Shown piece by piece: positions 60,159-64,000 of a DNA stretch of 64,000 nt (its first letter is position 1; the number at the start of each line of letters is the position of its first letter). The notes below the pieces were generated by a model. It saw nothing but the letters and a program-made list of their open reading frames with translations. It was not told the DNA's origin and did not search any database. The stretch is from Eledone cirrhosa (lineage: Eukaryota), in NCBI GenBank assembly GCA_964016885.1, contig OZ024746.1, positions 29,450,001 through 29,514,000 on the forward strand. Reading direction: 5' to 3'. Made by a program: the position numbers and the translations under genes.

Positions 60159-60162
<4 letters not shown>
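59015..60162. mobile_element. Long family C element: inverted arms (59015-59314, 59948-60162) around a ~630-bp AT-rich spacer; hammerheads at 59142-59208 (-) and 60060-60126 (+)
   Basis: Arms are reverse complements and both ends lie in (TA)n. Confidence 0.85.
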
Positions 60163-61084
<922 letters not shown>

Positions 61085-61104
61085 CACACACACACACATA
61101 CAGA

Positions 61105-61137
<33 letters not shown>

Positions 61138-61259
61138 GTATTAAGGATACTATTTATGGTTATGTATATACTAAAACCTTTTATAGTTATATATATATAT
61201 TATACCCTAAATAGTGAAAGACAGTAATTTATTACTATCTTATTACCAGCTTCATGTAT

Positions 61260-61293
<34 letters not shown>

Positions 61294-61899
61294 AAACATG
61301 ATAAGAAAGAAGGATACTGCGAGGTTTGCACATGGGTTACATATGATAAAAATAGTCCTTCGTCAGTGATTTTCCAACCATCATTGGTATTTCATCGCAT
61401 TAAAAATCAGATACCTCAGGTTGGTGCGAGCAATAACTAAAAAAAGTTATTGGGACCAGAATTCGCGTAAGGCGAGGGGGACAAATAAACAACATAGAAG
61501 GATAAAAGCAAACCGAAGATAGGAAAATAAATGTGTGTGAGATGTGAGCAAGAAGAGACCCACACAAGCCAAACGGGAGGAAGTGAGAAGGGGAGAAACA
61601 GAGAGTGAGTGAGTGGAAGTGTGAGGAAGAGGTCAGTCGAGAGAAAATGTAACTGACAGAGGGGGCAAAAGAAAGTGAGAGAAACAGAGAGAGCGGGGAA
61701 GCAGTAAGAGAGAAACAGACAAACGCAGCCGAGGTAAATATATATAAAAAACATGATACATATATATATATATTGATGATACTCTGTTACAACGGTGCTG
61801 AGTTTCAGGACTACTTGCAGATCACACAAAAATATCATGTGATCAGCCGGTAATCGCAGAACCTAGTGTGGTAACAACATAGTAATATAAGAAGAATAT

Positions 61900-62085
61900 A
61901 TAATTGTTTCTACTTTTGGCACAAGGCCAGCAAATACCCAGTGCATTACTGGTGCTTTCATTTTATCGACCCCGTAAGGATGAAAGGCAAAGTCAACCTC
62001 GGCGGGATTTGAACTCAGATCGTAAAGGGACGTAACTATGCTGGAAAGCATGGCGTCCGACCCTCTACCGATACTGCCAATCCAC
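61900..62085 (-). mobile_element. SINE copy
   Basis: Reverse complement of 451-640. Confidence 0.85.
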
Positions 62086-62229
62086 ATATATAATATTCTC
62101 CATTCTGGTACTGATCACTTCTCTTCATATCTAACTGTGTCTGTGTGTGTGCGGGTGTATGTGTGTATTTTTGTCTGAACGTATGTCTGTGTACGTCTGT
62201 AACTCTGTAAGTCTGCGTCTTTGTTTGTC

Positions 62230-63195
62230 TGTATATGTCTGCGTCAGTGTCTGTGTATGTCAGTGTATGTCAGTGTATGTTAGTGTCTGTGTATGTCAGT
62301 GTATGTCAGTGTCTGTGTATGTCAGTGTCTGTGTATGTCAGTGTATGTGTATGTCAGTGTATGTCAGTGTATGTTAGTGTCTGTGTATGTCAGTGTATGT
62401 CAGTGTCAGTGTATGTCAGTGTCTGTGTATGTCAGTGTCTGTGTATGTCAGTGTATGTGTATGTCAGTGTATGTCAGTGTCAGTGTATGTCAGTGTATGT
62501 CAGTATCTGTGTATGTCAGTGTCTGTGTATGTCAGTGTATGTCTGCGTCAGTATATGTCAGTGTCAGTGTATGTCAGTGTCTGTGTATGTCAGTGTCTGT
62601 GTATGTCAGTGTATGTCAGTGTCTGTGTATGTCAGTATATGTCAGTGTCTGTGTATGTCTGTGTATATCTATGTCTCTATCTGTGTATGTCAGTGTATGT
62701 CAGTGTCTGTGTATGTCAGTGTCTGTGTATGTTAGTGTCTGTGTATGTCAGTGTATGTCAGTGTATGTCAGTGTCTGTGTATCTCACTGTCTGTGTATGT
62801 CAGTGTATGTCAGTGTCTGTGTATGTCAGTGTCTGTGTATGTCAGTGTCTGTGTATGTCAGTGTATGTCAGTGTCTGTGTATGTCAGTGTCTGTGTATGT
62901 CAGTGTCTGTGTATGCCAGTGTATGTCAGTGTCTGTGTATGTCACTGTCTGTGTATGTCAGTGTATGTCAGTGTCTGTGTATGTCAGTGTCTGTGTATGT
63001 CAGTGTATGTCAGTGTATGTCAGTGTCTGTGTATGTCACTGTCTGTGTATGTCAGTGTATGTCAGTGTCTGTGTATGTCAGTGTCTGTGTATGTCAGTGT
63101 CTGTGTATGTCAGTGTATGTCAGTGTCTGTGTATGTCTGTGTATATCTATGTCTCTATCTGTGTATGTCTCTGTCCATCAATGTCTGTCTGTGTA
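62230..63195. repeat. Minisatellite of GTCAGTGTAT and GTCAGTGTCTGTGTAT units
   Basis: Direct reading. Confidence 0.9.
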
Positions 63196-63468
63196 TGTCT
63201 GAATGTATTCCGAGTGTTATAATGGAAGATTCTGATATCATAGATATTTGCAAAAATATAATACTAACATTATATATTAAAAGTACATTATATACCGAGA
63301 TTCATATGGTTGCTCCTAGTTTACATTATTATTACAGTTATTATACTTTATGCCACACAAAAAAACAATGTTGTAGAAATATATCTTATTATGATTTTTG
63401 GCATCGATATGGCTTCGACGAAAACCGTATATATGTTCGTCAATTGTAGCAAATAGGAGAGGCTATAC

Positions 63469-63511
<43 letters not shown>

Positions 63512-63554
63512 AGAATGGAAGAAAATAATTGAATCCTGTTATGATAGCTATGTA

Positions 63555-63602
<48 letters not shown>

Positions 63603-63707
63603 TACATAACTCTCTTGTATATAGACTCATTCTGAATCACGCTGGTAATTTATAACAGATAAACATATTACATATGTCAGAAACATTCTACACACACACA
63701 TACACAC

Positions 63708-63748
<41 letters not shown>

Positions 63749-64000
63749 TATATATATATGAGAAAAATGGAGAGCTGCGTGGTTGCACATGGGTTACATA
63801 TGAATAAAATTAGTTCTTCATCAGTGTTTGTTTACATGTCTCGCTCGTTTCACCCTATTTTACTTGTCCCAATAACTTTATTTGTTATTGCTCGCGCCAA
63901 CTAGAGGTATATGATTTTTAAAGCGATGAAATACCAATGAAAGTTGGAAGATCACTGATGAAGGACTAATTTTATTTATATATATATATATATATATATA

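Noticed and set aside
62235-63449. Cys-rich ORFs resembling metallothionein
   Set aside because: 10/16-bp minisatellite that is open in every frame.

Overview
AT-rich, microsatellite-saturated eukaryotic DNA. No host protein-coding exon can be supported; nearly all listed ORFs are translated (TA)n/(CA)n/(GA)n/(CCA)n tracts. The repeat landscape resembles a cephalopod (octopus-like) genome, which is inference. Recognisable content: a decayed Tx1/L1-type LINE (CCHC ORF1 plus APE endonuclease, cut before the RT), about 20 copies of a tRNA-derived SINE, relics of RTE, R4/Dong-like and Naiad-like Penelope (GIY-YIG) retroelements, several MITEs and minisatellites. The main signal is non-coding. About nine sequence families of short elements sit in or beside (TA)n and carry type I hammerhead-ribozyme motifs: 14 near-complete cores read by eye, plus degenerate and half cores, mostly with the minimal self-complementary helix III typical of Penelope pLTRs. 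Most are asymmetric fold-back palindromes: a long arm reaches the family 3' end and a short arm stops at an internal TA and fuses to the (TA)n. Two are partial tandems of 687-bp and ~538-bp units, i.e. retrozyme/pLTR-like. In one family the fold-back axis lies inside predicted ribozyme helix II, suggesting ribozyme-hairpin-primed copy-back during integration. All alignments and folds were done by eye; coordinates may be off by a few bases.
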